Virus record (IMG/VR): IMGVR_UViG_3300025098_000012
Span: 62,001-126,000 of that record
Length of the DNA stretch: 64,000 nucleotides
Reading direction: 5' to 3' (one strand)
Translations under genes and position numbers: made by a program
The notes under the pieces: model-generated
Told to the model about the DNA's origin: nothing
Seen by the model: only the letters and a program-made list of their open reading frames with translations
Databases searched by the model: none
In this document: piece after piece, positions 29,665 through 38,490 of the stretch
How positions within the stretch are numbered: position 1 is the first letter of the stretch
Layout of the letters: every line of letters starts with the position of its first letter

Positions 29665-30081
29665 TTACGACCTCTTGAACTTGACTTGGTAGGTCTGCAT
29701 TGTTTCGAGGTTGGGTACAGCGTAGAACGCTTCCTTTACTTCTTCGGGTGCATCCCGAAACTCAGACCATCTGATCGTGTATGAGTGAGCGATGTACTGA
29801 TCGAAAAGATCCTCCCCGATAGCGTCCTCGATGTCGTTGATGTCTACCGACTCTAGCTTAGGTGTCGGGGGTTGCTTCTCCACCCTAGTCGTGTATTTGC
29901 CCGATGCAGACTCGATGATGAGATCTTGTTCGTCTGCCATTTCGATCAGTTCAGACTTGAAGCTCTTAAGAGACTTACCGAGTCTGTTCTGTGCTTCCCA
30001 CAGCCGAGAGGCCGCTTCGGTTCGCTCGTTGATGTCGAGGTTGGTGTCGTTCATTTGGTTCATGAGTGCGTTGAAGTTCAT
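29665..30081 (-). CDS. Hypothetical protein
   Basis: Start re-assigned after GGAGA; stop inside the motif. Confidence 0.75.
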   Translation of the reverse strand: MNFNALMNQMNDTNLDINERTEAASRLWEAQNRLGKSLKSFKSELIEMADEQDLIIESASGKYTTRVEKQPPTPKLESVDINDIEDAIGEDLFDQYIAHSYTIRWSEFRDAPEEVKEAFYAVPNLETMQTYQVKFKRS

Positions 30082-30112
30082 TTTATTCTCCGTTTGTGAA
30101 GTGATCGTTTGA

Positions 30113-30760
30113 TTATCTGTTGAGGTTAAGTTCAGTGAGGATATGAGTAGAAGTTTCACCACTCATATCCCATTGGACGGCAACTTGGTGGAAACCTTGA
30201 CCGTCTAGGTTCGGGTTCTTTTGTGCATCCGAGACAAGGAAGCCTTTCATGTGTGGGTCTGACTTGAGAACTACCTCATTACCTCTCGTGAAGTGAGGAG
30301 CTAGTGATTCACAGACCCTATAAGTTTCATTTAAGATGTGCCTTTCTCCTGGCTTTGGCAACCGAACCTTAGTTGCAGAGTCTCGAACCATACAGGACTT
30401 ATGGGTGATTACATCATAGACGAACAACGCCTTGCCCGACCCTTGCATTGGCTCTTTAGCGTGGATTATAAACCCTTCGATGCCTCGCTTGTCTTTACTC
30501 CCCTTAGTGACTTTGACAGGTGTTCCAATCTCAAGGTTGGAATACATCGTTTCCATCTCAACCTTGAGTCCTTTTTCAAAGGCTCGAACTTGAGACTTAA
30601 CCAAGTCTCCATTCACTAGCTGTTGGATTAAGTCGGTGTCATGCCCCTCGTAAGGGTGATCCGTTGAGTGAGTCTCGACAGGTAGGGGTTCACCCTTTAG
30701 TGCGAGGTGGACGCTCTTAGCGTACTCTAAGACATCTTCAAAAGTATTTTTTATCATCAT
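30113..30760 (-). CDS. Hypothetical protein with KOW/SH3-like segment
   Basis: IGTPVKVTKGS..RGIEGFI; SD AAGGAGA. Confidence 0.7.
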   Translation of the reverse strand: MMIKNTFEDVLEYAKSVHLALKGEPLPVETHSTDHPYEGHDTDLIQQLVNGDLVKSQVRAFEKGLKVEMETMYSNLEIGTPVKVTKGSKDKRGIEGFIIHAKEPMQGSGKALFVYDVITHKSCMVRDSATKVRLPKPGERHILNETYRVCESLAPHFTRGNEVVLKSDPHMKGFLVSDAQKNPNLDGQGFHQVAVQWDMSGETSTHILTELNLNR

Positions 30761-30784
30761 TCATTCTCCTTTTACGAAGTGGTT

Positions 30785-31540
30785 TTATAGATTGTTCATC
30801 GCTTTGTAGGCATCACCTACAACCTTTTTCACCATCCCCCAACTTGGGATATGGTAGGCGACCTCACCTTTAAGGATAGGCTCACCCGATACGATACAAG
30901 AGGTTTCAGCGAGAGCTTCTATTTCGGTTGCTTCGTGAAGTTTGGCTGACTTAGGTACTTTGACCTTGCTCAAGTCGTACCCTGCTTTAGAAGCTGTTTC
31001 TAATGCTTCATTCCTCGCTTCTCGTGCTTCCCTCTTGGCTTGTTGAGATTCCCCTTTTTTCTCACAGCATTGGCTCAAGAGAGGACAGCCCTGGCACACA
31101 GGGTCAGATTGAACGACCTTGCCGAAGCAAGGTGTTGTAGCGACAAGTCGTATGAGCGTTTCCTCACAGGTGAGGTCATACAGACTAGGGGTGAGGTCAT
31201 TTACCTCTGCATCAAAGAGGTCATCACCAAAGAGGTCAACTTCGGACTCCATCATCATCATCTCCATCGTGGTAGGTGCTTCACTAACCACACTACCATT
31301 CCATCTCCACTCCCAACCTTGTGTGGTCATCTCACCTGTAGCCTTGAGCGTCTTGACTGCTTGGCTACAGAGATTATCGAACTTGGGCTGACCCGATGGG
31401 TAGTAGCCAAAGTCAGCATGGGTCATACCAACATGGGATAGGACAGCCTGTCGAGCTTCCTGCAACCGACTTGGCAAGATGCTTGGGAAGATCTGACGCA
31501 TAGCGTTTAGTATTAAGTTTTTTTGTTCCTGTGTTGTCAT
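30785..31540 (-). CDS. Mrr_N-like winged-helix plus Cys-cluster protein
   Basis: PSGQPKFDNLCSQAVKTLKATG..W; PCFG...CQGCPLLSQC. Confidence 0.65.
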   Translation of the reverse strand: MTTQEQKNLILNAMRQIFPSILPSRLQEARQAVLSHVGMTHADFGYYPSGQPKFDNLCSQAVKTLKATGEMTTQGWEWRWNGSVVSEAPTTMEMMMMESEVDLFGDDLFDAEVNDLTPSLYDLTCEETLIRLVATTPCFGKVVQSDPVCQGCPLLSQCCEKKGESQQAKREAREARNEALETASKAGYDLSKVKVPKSAKLHEATEIEALAETSCIVSGEPILKGEVAYHIPSWGMVKKVVGDAYKAMNNL

Positions 31541-31629
31541 AGTTTATCTCCTTTAGGAGTGGGTAGGTGAGCGATCTCGCCTTTCAAGAGTTAATAGATA
31601 AGGGGTTACGGAGTGCGATCCCCCCGACT

Positions 31630-32769
31630 TTACATATCAATCGGGCAAACATCAGAGGAAGCTCGGCTTTGAGCGTCTACCACATCAGATCGGAGGTAGG
31701 GGTCTATTGCTCCCTCAAGAGCATCTTGGTTATGCTTCTCATTGAGATGCCCCTTGATGATTGCAAAGGATCGCTTGAGAGCTTTTTTAAAGTCGGTGAT
31801 ACCCAAGTCCTCCATGACGGTGAGGCAAGCATGACCCCATTGTTTACCTTGACGCAAAGTTATTTCCATGCCCATGTCTTGCTCTTCTGCAACCTTACGG
31901 ATAGCTCGGTTGCAGTCCACCAAGAGCTTGATTTGGTCTTGGTCGAACATGGGAAACTCAGCCTGTACCACCATCCTCTCGAACTTGGGAGTTGGAGGAG
32001 GAGCGTAGATACCAACACAGCGAGACAGGAGACTAGAGTCTTTCATCTGAGTGATGTTGCCCCTACCTCCATCTCCATCAGCCCCACTATTGCTCGTAAA
32101 GTAGAAGCGAGTGTTAGGCAAGATAGTGAACATCTCACCTGTGATCGGGTTGGTCAACTTTTCTTTACCCAACTCAAGAGCTTGGCGAAGGATCTCAAGT
32201 TGGTCGGGTGTGGCTCGATCATAGTCAGAGAACAGGATCATGGCAGGTACTGTGATGGTCAGCATACCATCATCATTCACAACAGTGTATCCCACTTTCT
32301 CCATGCCCTTGACTGCATCAGAGAGCTGTTGCTCAGTAGCCCCTGTAAAGTCTCGCTTACACGACACTCCACGACAAGCCTTGAGCAGATCACCCTCGAC
32401 CTCTTTAGTCATCGTGCCACCTTTACCATCACCCACAAGAGTGGTTCGATAGATCCAGTCAACAGGGTTAGTTCCTTGCTTGAACGCAAAGCGAGCGAGA
32501 GGAAGATTGAAAGCGTGGCAAAACGCTTCAATCAAGATGTCTTTGCCTGTGCCTGCTGGCCCCGACACGATCAGATGGTTTATCTTACTGAAGAGAGATG
32601 CGTCCTGCATCCACCCCTCCCCACAGTCCTCGACATAGTTGTCGGGACGCTTGGCAGGGTCAAAGCCTGCGTTGATGATCTCCATAGCTGTTAGGGGCGA
32701 CATGGTGCGTTTCACACCACAAAAGAAGTTGTAGGCTAAAGTATATAGTTCGGGTCGCTGTCGAGACAT
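31630..32769 (-). CDS. MoxR/CobS-type AAA+ ATPase
   Basis: Walker A GPAGTGKD; atypical Walker B ILFSDYD; FYFTSN; LLSR; ITLRQ. Confidence 0.85.
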   Translation of the reverse strand: MSRQRPELYTLAYNFFCGVKRTMSPLTAMEIINAGFDPAKRPDNYVEDCGEGWMQDASLFSKINHLIVSGPAGTGKDILIEAFCHAFNLPLARFAFKQGTNPVDWIYRTTLVGDGKGGTMTKEVEGDLLKACRGVSCKRDFTGATEQQLSDAVKGMEKVGYTVVNDDGMLTITVPAMILFSDYDRATPDQLEILRQALELGKEKLTNPITGEMFTILPNTRFYFTSNSGADGDGGRGNITQMKDSSLLSRCVGIYAPPPTPKFERMVVQAEFPMFDQDQIKLLVDCNRAIRKVAEEQDMGMEITLRQGKQWGHACLTVMEDLGITDFKKALKRSFAIIKGHLNEKHNQDALEGAIDPYLRSDVVDAQSRASSDVCPIDM

Positions 32770-32822
32770 AGGGTTCTCCTTGTCGAAGTGGTTGCGTTGA
32801 TGTAGTTCTCATAAATAAGGGG

Positions 32823-32864
32823 TTACGGTTCAGAGCCTCGCTCCATGACCTTATACAATCTCAT
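32823..32864 (-). CDS. 13-aa mini-ORF MRLYKVMERGSEP between two motif copies
   Basis: GAGGGAG before the ATG; stop is the TAA of the next motif. Confidence 0.4.
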   Translation of the reverse strand: MRLYKVMERGSEP

Positions 32865-33055
32865 GAGGAAATGCTCCCTCACACTAGGATATAAATAAGG
32901 GGTTACACTATATACACATACGAATGATAGGATCTCCAACAAGAAGCGTAAGTACTTGATTACCTAGCAAAAAGCCTAAAGTGTAACCCCTTATCTATAG
33001 AGTAGTGTAGGGCGATCAAGCCTACCAACCAATCACTCCCACTAAGGAGAACAAA

Positions 33056-33223
33056 ATGAAATACCAAGTAATGCTCAACAACAAAGTCCTCTCAACACAT
33101 AAAAATCATGACCTCGCTGAGAAGGCTCTCAAGCGTTGGGAGAAGAAACACAAAGCTCAAGGCAAAGGTCGGGTCATCGGAGAGTTTTTGGTCGGTGGTA
33201 TCTACCACATCGAAGCTGTGTAA
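33056..33223 (+). CDS. 55-aa basic protein not in the ORF track (MKYQVMLNNK...YHIEAV)
   Basis: Full leader, SD AAGGAGA; stop inside the next motif. Confidence 0.8.
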   Translation: MKYQVMLNNKVLSTHKNHDLAEKALKRWEKKHKAQGKGRVIGEFLVGGIYHIEAV

Positions 33224-33313
33224 CCCCTTATCTAAGACCCTGTGTCGAGGACTGATTTTCCTCGCTTTCATATAAATACAAGACTACCCACTCACTCACC
33301 AAAGGAGATCCTT

Positions 33314-34459
33314 ATGGTACTTCCATCAAATCATGACCCCTCACAATACGCCAAGCGTGATCCCTTGAGCTTCGCCAAAGGTGCTTTTGAAGCACTTACC
33401 CTCATGTTCAAAGACATCAAGGTAGTGCGTCAAGGTGGAACTTTCGCAATCGCTAGTGCGTTCCCTTGGCTCGTTTTTGGTCGAGCCATCCAAGACACTA
33501 GATCGTCTGACTACTCTTCTAAAGACCAATGGCTCAAGGCGATCTACAGGGACGCTCAGTACAAGTTTCAGTCTAGCCCCGATAGTGCTACTCTGTTCCT
33601 CCCTGCTCCGTCAGCCGCAGGTGTGACAACAATCAACGCTAGTGCAGGTGTTGGTGGTGGTGTGCATGAAGCAGGTCATGCGATCTGCGACTGTGCAAAT
33701 GGACGCTTCCCTACCTATGAGCAGTTTCGCTCAAGGGTCGGTCGCCACCTCGATATGACCATCCCATACCATGAGTCTAACCTCCCTAAATGGGTCAATG
33801 TGACTGCTGATATGCGTTTAGAGCCAGGAATGGCTCTAGCCTATCCAGAGGTCGAGCATCGCTTCCATGCAATCCAAACTTGGTGTCATGGACTCGAAGC
33901 TGAGGTTCGAGGTCAAAAAGTACCTAGCGACTTTCTCATGGCTCTTAGAGATGCAGGTAAGGGTTGGGTATCAGATGAGTCAAAGGCTGTCTATGCAGAG
34001 TATCAGCAAGACGCTCGTGATCTCGTGGAATACCTCAAGCCTATATGGTCTGAGCTAAAGCCTCGAAACACCGATTGGGCTGACTCGGCTCATCTCCCTG
34101 TCTATGCCGCTGTGGAGGTCATCAACGCTCTACACAAGCTCTTAAAAGAACCACCACCCGAAGGTAAGGGTAAGGGTAAAGGTAAAGGCAAAGGTAAAGG
34201 CAAAGGTGATCCTCAAGGCAAGGGTGATCCTCAAGATCCAAGTGATCCTCAAGATCCAAGTGATCCTCAAGATCCTCAACAGTCAGCAGGAAAGTCTCCT
34301 ATGAGCCTTGATGACATCAAGCGTCTACTAGATGGAGAAGGGGAAGCCCTTGACCCTAACAGTGCAATGAAGCAAGAGGTCAATAAGAACAAGCAACTCC
34401 TCGACCATGAGTTGTATATCCCCAACGGAGCAAAGCCAATCTATCGGAAGTTCATCTGA
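33314..34459 (+). CDS. CobT-N-like / HExxH metallopeptidase-like partner of the AAA+ ATPase
   Basis: VHEAGH; NVTADMRLE; low-complexity GK and DPQDPS linker. Confidence 0.7.
   Translation: MVLPSNHDPSQYAKRDPLSFAKGAFEALTLMFKDIKVVRQGGTFAIASAFPWLVFGRAIQDTRSSDYSSKDQWLKAIYRDAQYKFQSSPDSATLFLPAPSAAGVTTINASAGVGGGVHEAGHAICDCANGRFPTYEQFRSRVGRHLDMTIPYHESNLPKWVNVTADMRLEPGMALAYPEVEHRFHAIQTWCHGLEAEVRGQKVPSDFLMALRDAGKGWVSDESKAVYAEYQQDARDLVEYLKPIWSELKPRNTDWADSAHLPVYAAVEVINALHKLLKEPPPEGKGKGKGKGKGKGKGDPQGKGDPQDPSDPQDPSDPQDPQQSAGKSPMSLDDIKRLLDGEGEALDPNSAMKQEVNKNKQLLDHELYIPNGAKPIYRKFI
34160..34280 (+). repeat. In-frame microrepeats (GGTAAA/GGCAAA; GATCCTCAAGATCCAAGT)
   Basis: Seen directly. Confidence 0.85.
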
Positions 34460-34513
34460 TAGGTTGGGTACTCCGTAACCCCTTATTTGTCTACTCTTGA
34501 AAGGAGACTTATC

Positions 34514-35326
34514 ATGCCAAATAAATATGACTCTCAAGTGTTGTCCTCGCTCAATCGAGGTACAAATAAAGTAAGGCGAGCCTTAGAGGTTGCCAATCAG
34601 AAGGTCGGGCAGAACTTCATCGGTGCTAGACTCAATACTCGAAGCTCTGCCTTAGTCAATACTCTTACAAGCGTCCGTCAAGGTCAAATCAATCGGGATC
34701 GGTACATCAAGATGTATCAGAAGCCCCAAGTACGAGCGGCCTTCTCGTTCGCTATAGATGGTAGCGACTCAATGAACTACAACGCAGGTACACCATCGGG
34801 AACTTATTGGAAAGAGTGTATCTCACTCATACATGGGCTTCACACAGCGTGTCAAGGCATCGGTGTTGACTCGTCATCAGCGTTGGTCATGTACACCTAT
34901 GGCGACCGAGATGTACCTATGGCTTCATCGAACTACAAGCCTGTAGCGAACATCATCAAAGGTCTAGGTGATAAATGGCAAAAAGATAATCCCGATAAAC
35001 TCCGTAAGAAGCGTTGCAATGGTGGTACTTCAATCATCTGCTATGCTGAGACAGCACTCGACATGGTAGCTCAATCTAATGCTACTCATAAGATCGCCTT
35101 TTTCCTTACTGATGGTGAGGACTATGAGAAGGCTTACCTAGAGAGCATGAGACAGCAAGCTCAAGCTCAAGGAATAAAGTTGGTCGGCATCGGCTTGGGT
35201 GTCAGTGGTGAACGACTCCCTAATGGCATCAGTGGTGCGAATGCTCTTGAGATCGCTCCTCGAATGATGGATCACCTAGAGAAAATCATCAAGTCCTCTA
35301 CAGGTGTAGAGGCTAACGACAAATAA
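34514..35326 (+). CDS. vWA-domain protein (CobT-C-like)
   Basis: MIDAS DGSDS; GGTS; FFLTDGE; LVGIGLG. Confidence 0.85.
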   Translation: MPNKYDSQVLSSLNRGTNKVRRALEVANQKVGQNFIGARLNTRSSALVNTLTSVRQGQINRDRYIKMYQKPQVRAAFSFAIDGSDSMNYNAGTPSGTYWKECISLIHGLHTACQGIGVDSSSALVMYTYGDRDVPMASSNYKPVANIIKGLGDKWQKDNPDKLRKKRCNGGTSIICYAETALDMVAQSNATHKIAFFLTDGEDYEKAYLESMRQQAQAQGIKLVGIGLGVSGERLPNGISGANALEIAPRMMDHLEKIIKSSTGVEANDK

Positions 35327-35410
35327 TCTTATAAGACAAACCACACCCCCCCACAAAAACAAACTCCCCTAGCACTTCCCCCCCATACTCACCACAGGAG
35401 AACAAAGCCA

Positions 35411-35755
35411 ATGGCTAACATCCGTACCCTCATCAAGTCAGCCCTCCAATCTGACCTTTCTGGTGTGCGTGTCAAAGAACTCGCCCTCAGCATCGGTGCA
35501 ACTTACTCTGCCACTTACCAAGCTCTCCAATCCATGATGTCTGAGGGGCAAGTCGATAAGGTTGCTCGTGGTGTCTTCGCCCTTTCAGAGATCCCGAAGT
35601 TCACTACAGCCGAGTGCATCTCCCTTCTTCAGTCTTTGGAGAACCAAGAGATCGCTGTTGAGATCGCTCGTGAGGAACTTGATCGGGCAGAGGCACAGCT
35701 TCGAGCTGTGAAGCGTACCATCAAGTCTACCATGATGTCTGCGTTCGAGGACTAA
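35411..35755 (+). CDS. Winged-helix plus coiled-coil protein
   Basis: VKELALSIGATYSATYQALQSMMSEGQVDKVARGVF. Confidence 0.75.
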   Translation: MANIRTLIKSALQSDLSGVRVKELALSIGATYSATYQALQSMMSEGQVDKVARGVFALSEIPKFTTAECISLLQSLENQEIAVEIAREELDRAEAQLRAVKRTIKSTMMSAFED

Positions 35756-35812
35756 GTAACCCGAAATCTATCTGACCCCATCACCGAACCCACTCCCACA
35801 GGAGAACCAAAC

Positions 35813-36046
35813 ATGGAAACACTGAACCTAACCCGAACCACACCTCTTGGCGACCACCTCAATCGTAATAAGGAAGAGGGCTTGCCCTTCAAAGTCTATG
35901 CCTATAAGGACTTGGTGTCTGTCGAAACAACACTACCTTTTGATAGGAATAGGACGGTCATCGACATCTACAACGCTGACGGTACGAAGATCACAAGGGA
36001 ATCAACCATGAAGCACATCCTACACACTCTTATTCGGGAAGGCTAA
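35813..36046 (+). CDS. Hypothetical protein
   Basis: SD AGGAGA; degenerate motif upstream. Confidence 0.7.
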   Translation: METLNLTRTTPLGDHLNRNKEEGLPFKVYAYKDLVSVETTLPFDRNRTVIDIYNADGTKITRESTMKHILHTLIREG

Positions 36047-36138
36047 TCCACCCCTCCCCCACAGGAGAACAAACTACCAAGATGAAATTGAAGCTAAGGC
36101 TCAACAGTAATCGACCTCTGCCCTTAGAGGCAGTCGAT

Positions 36139-36197
36139 AGGAACAGACGATTGGTGTTGTTCTGATGTGATGGAGGGTTCGACTCCCTCATGTTCCT
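36139..36197 (+). ncRNA. tRNA-like element (acceptor stem plus T arm, no proper anticodon arm)
   Basis: AGGAACA...TGTTCCT pairing; GAGGG-TTCGACT-CCCTC T arm. Confidence 0.45.
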
Positions 36198-36294
36198 TTA
36201 TAGATTTCTAACTTGTGGCCCGAAGCTGTAACCCCTTATTTATAACTTAGTATCGGGGCAATGAAGCCCACTCACTCTGACAAGGAGAACCAAC

Positions 36295-36819
36295 ATGAAC
36301 AGCGTAAACATCACAGCCGACAACTTTCTCTCAGCACTCCTCGCCCCTTTCGGTGGCAAGGACACCCACAGCGAGTCGGGAGAGCCTCTCCCAAGCTCAA
36401 CTTCAAAGGCATGGACTTTCACGCTCCATAACACAGAGCGTGACACTCACCTCACCTTCAAGTCTCGCCGCCCGAAGGGGTGGACGGTCGATAGCCCCGT
36501 CTTGATCGACCTCATGGTCGGTACGGACAACAGCTCTGACTTCGGATTCATCGGGAGCGTTAGCTCTCGTGGGTTCTACAAGGCATCACCTAAGAGCAAG
36601 GTGGACGCTGACCGTAAGGCTGTCGCTGATCGTACCCTCGTGTGGCTTCTAACCAAGCTCAACAATGGACAGGAGCTTCCCGAAGCTCTTGAGATGAAGG
36701 GTGCTTCTAAGTGCTGTCGCTGTGCAAGGAAGCTCACCAACCCCGACTCGGTAAATGATGGGATGGGTCCTATCTGTCGCAAGAAGGCTAACGACAGCAA
36801 GGTTAGTCGAGGGGCTTAA
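36295..36819 (+). CDS. DUF6011-like Zn-ribbon protein
   Basis: CCRCARKLTNPDSVNDGMGPIC. Confidence 0.8.
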   Translation: MNSVNITADNFLSALLAPFGGKDTHSESGEPLPSSTSKAWTFTLHNTERDTHLTFKSRRPKGWTVDSPVLIDLMVGTDNSSDFGFIGSVSSRGFYKASPKSKVDADRKAVADRTLVWLLTKLNNGQELPEALEMKGASKCCRCARKLTNPDSVNDGMGPICRKKANDSKVSRGA

Positions 36820-36991
36820 GGTCTAGGGTGGGTCGGAGCTGAAAAGCTCTTAGAAGAGCATTTAAGAGCTTAATGGAAAAAGGAATAACGACTATGTTTT
36901 CGGGGGTTTGGAGTTCGTAACCCCTTATTTATAGAGTAGTGTAAGGGGAACAATCCCCACCAACCAATCACTCCAACAAGGAGAACAAGAC

Positions 36992-37294
36992 ATGATCGAC
37001 TTAACCAACTACCCAATGCTCAACAAGCGTCAGAACACCCCCTTCTTCGCAGACCTCACCAATGAGGATCGTGTGATGAATGTCAACGGAAGCCCCATGA
37101 GCTTGGGTGTGTGGAACATGATCGTGAGCTACCGAGATCTCAAGCTCTGGTGTCGGCTCGGCATGAAGCCCCATCGTGGGTGGAAGGTGAGCCACGCTAA
37201 GGCTTACTTCGGCATCAAGGGCAACAAGGACAAGCTCTTGAGCGAGTTTGAAGCACTCAAAGCTGAGGTCGATGAGATCCTCGGACGAGGCTAA
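36992..37294 (+). CDS. Hypothetical protein (cassette gene)
   Basis: Full leader plus SD. Confidence 0.8.
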   Translation: MIDLTNYPMLNKRQNTPFFADLTNEDRVMNVNGSPMSLGVWNMIVSYRDLKLWCRLGMKPHRGWKVSHAKAYFGIKGNKDKLLSEFEALKAEVDEILGRG

Positions 37295-37375
37295 CAATCG
37301 GGAGGCGTAACCCCTTATCTATACCATAGTGTAAGAGGGATTGACCCTCACCAACTACTCAAGGAGAAAAAAAGA

Positions 37376-37696
37376 ATGGCTACCTACATCAACAAAGAGA
37401 TCGCAGGCTTCGCTTCTACCCTCATCATCGACATCGCAGAGACTATGGAGGGCCTCTGTCTTTGGGCTAAGATCAAGGGAGGGAAGATCAATGAGGATCG
37501 CACCTCTTATGAGGAGATCACTGTCGAGGACATGGAGGAGGGCATCACCAAGACCCTCACGATCCGAGACATCGAGCTTGCAACGAACAAGCTCTCCCTT
37601 CGTGAGATCAAGGCTCTCCGAGCAGGTGACTTTGATTGGCTCATGGCTGACAAGGTGCTTCAGCTCGCATTTCACCGCAAGGTGATCTACGGATAA
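37376..37696 (+). CDS. Hypothetical protein (cassette gene)
   Basis: Full leader plus SD; C-terminal AD.VLQ.A....VIYG. Confidence 0.8.
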   Translation: MATYINKEIAGFASTLIIDIAETMEGLCLWAKIKGGKINEDRTSYEEITVEDMEEGITKTLTIRDIELATNKLSLREIKALRAGDFDWLMADKVLQLAFHRKVIYG

Positions 37697-37889
37697 GAGA
37701 GGTCGGACTGAGGTAATGTAAGAGGGGAGCAATCCTTGAGCGTAAGGTTAAGAGGGGCAACTTAATCCAGAAGCTAGACATCTAGGGGTGGCGAGGTCTG
37801 AGCGTTATAGTGGGATAAGTCGTAACCCCTTATCTATAAGATTGTAAGAGGAACGATCCTCTTAGACTACACTCCAGAAAGGGAGAACA

Positions 37890-38486
37890 ATGCCAAAGGC
37901 ACACAACATCTTCTTAGCGTCCGTCCTCGTGATCATGGGGTTCGGCATCAACGCAGGTAAAAACGCTTTTGAGGGCAGGGCTGTTTACCACAGTTCTTGT
38001 TCGATCAGTTCTAATCCTGTGCAGTATCAGCATCATACAGGCACGATAAGCGTGAGGAGATGGTGGTATGTGGACACGACCACAGGAGCTAAGATCAAGG
38101 CAACTAAGGCACAACATGAGGCTTGTGAGAGCGTGAAAGTTCTCATGTCGAGTGAGGCTGAAGTTGCTGAATCTGAGAGGCTTGAAGATGTCGCCAATAA
38201 CTGGATCATCTTCTCGTTCGCTTGGTTTGGTCTTGGGTTCTTGGTTGAGTTCGCCACCACCTACCTTGCTAAGAGGCGAGAGCGTCTTGAGTGGGAGAGA
38301 GCTGACCGAGAGCGAGAGCTTGAGTGGAAGCGAGACTGTGAGATGTGGGAAGCGAAGCGAGAAGATGAGAAAGCCGAGAGGCAGAGGTCTAAGACAGCGA
38401 ATGAAGAACGAGCAAGACGAAAGGCTGAGAGGGGAGCAATCCTTGAGGCTAGAAGGCTTGCGAACTTAGAGCGTAAGAAAGGATAA
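37890..38486 (+). CDS. Membrane protein with charged C-terminal coil
   Basis: Two hydrophobic segments; E/R-rich tail. Confidence 0.75.
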   Translation: MPKAHNIFLASVLVIMGFGINAGKNAFEGRAVYHSSCSISSNPVQYQHHTGTISVRRWWYVDTTTGAKIKATKAQHEACESVKVLMSSEAEVAESERLEDVANNWIIFSFAWFGLGFLVEFATTYLAKRRERLEWERADRERELEWKRDCEMWEAKREDEKAERQRSKTANEERARRKAERGAILEARRLANLERKKG

Positions 38487-38490
38487 CGAG

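Noticed and set aside
31567-32694. 375-aa + strand ORF, and other long antisense ORFs such as 912-1535, 19434-19988 and 39615-40124
   Set aside because: Shadows of well-supported opposite-strand genes; no SD or motifs
31630-35326. Cobalamin biosynthesis (true cobST)
   Set aside because: No cobN or other cob genes; phage CobS/vWA pairs are more plausibly chaperone-like
36139-36197. Functional tRNA or tmRNA
   Set aside because: Too short, no anticodon stem-loop, no alanine-type acceptor and no internal tag frame
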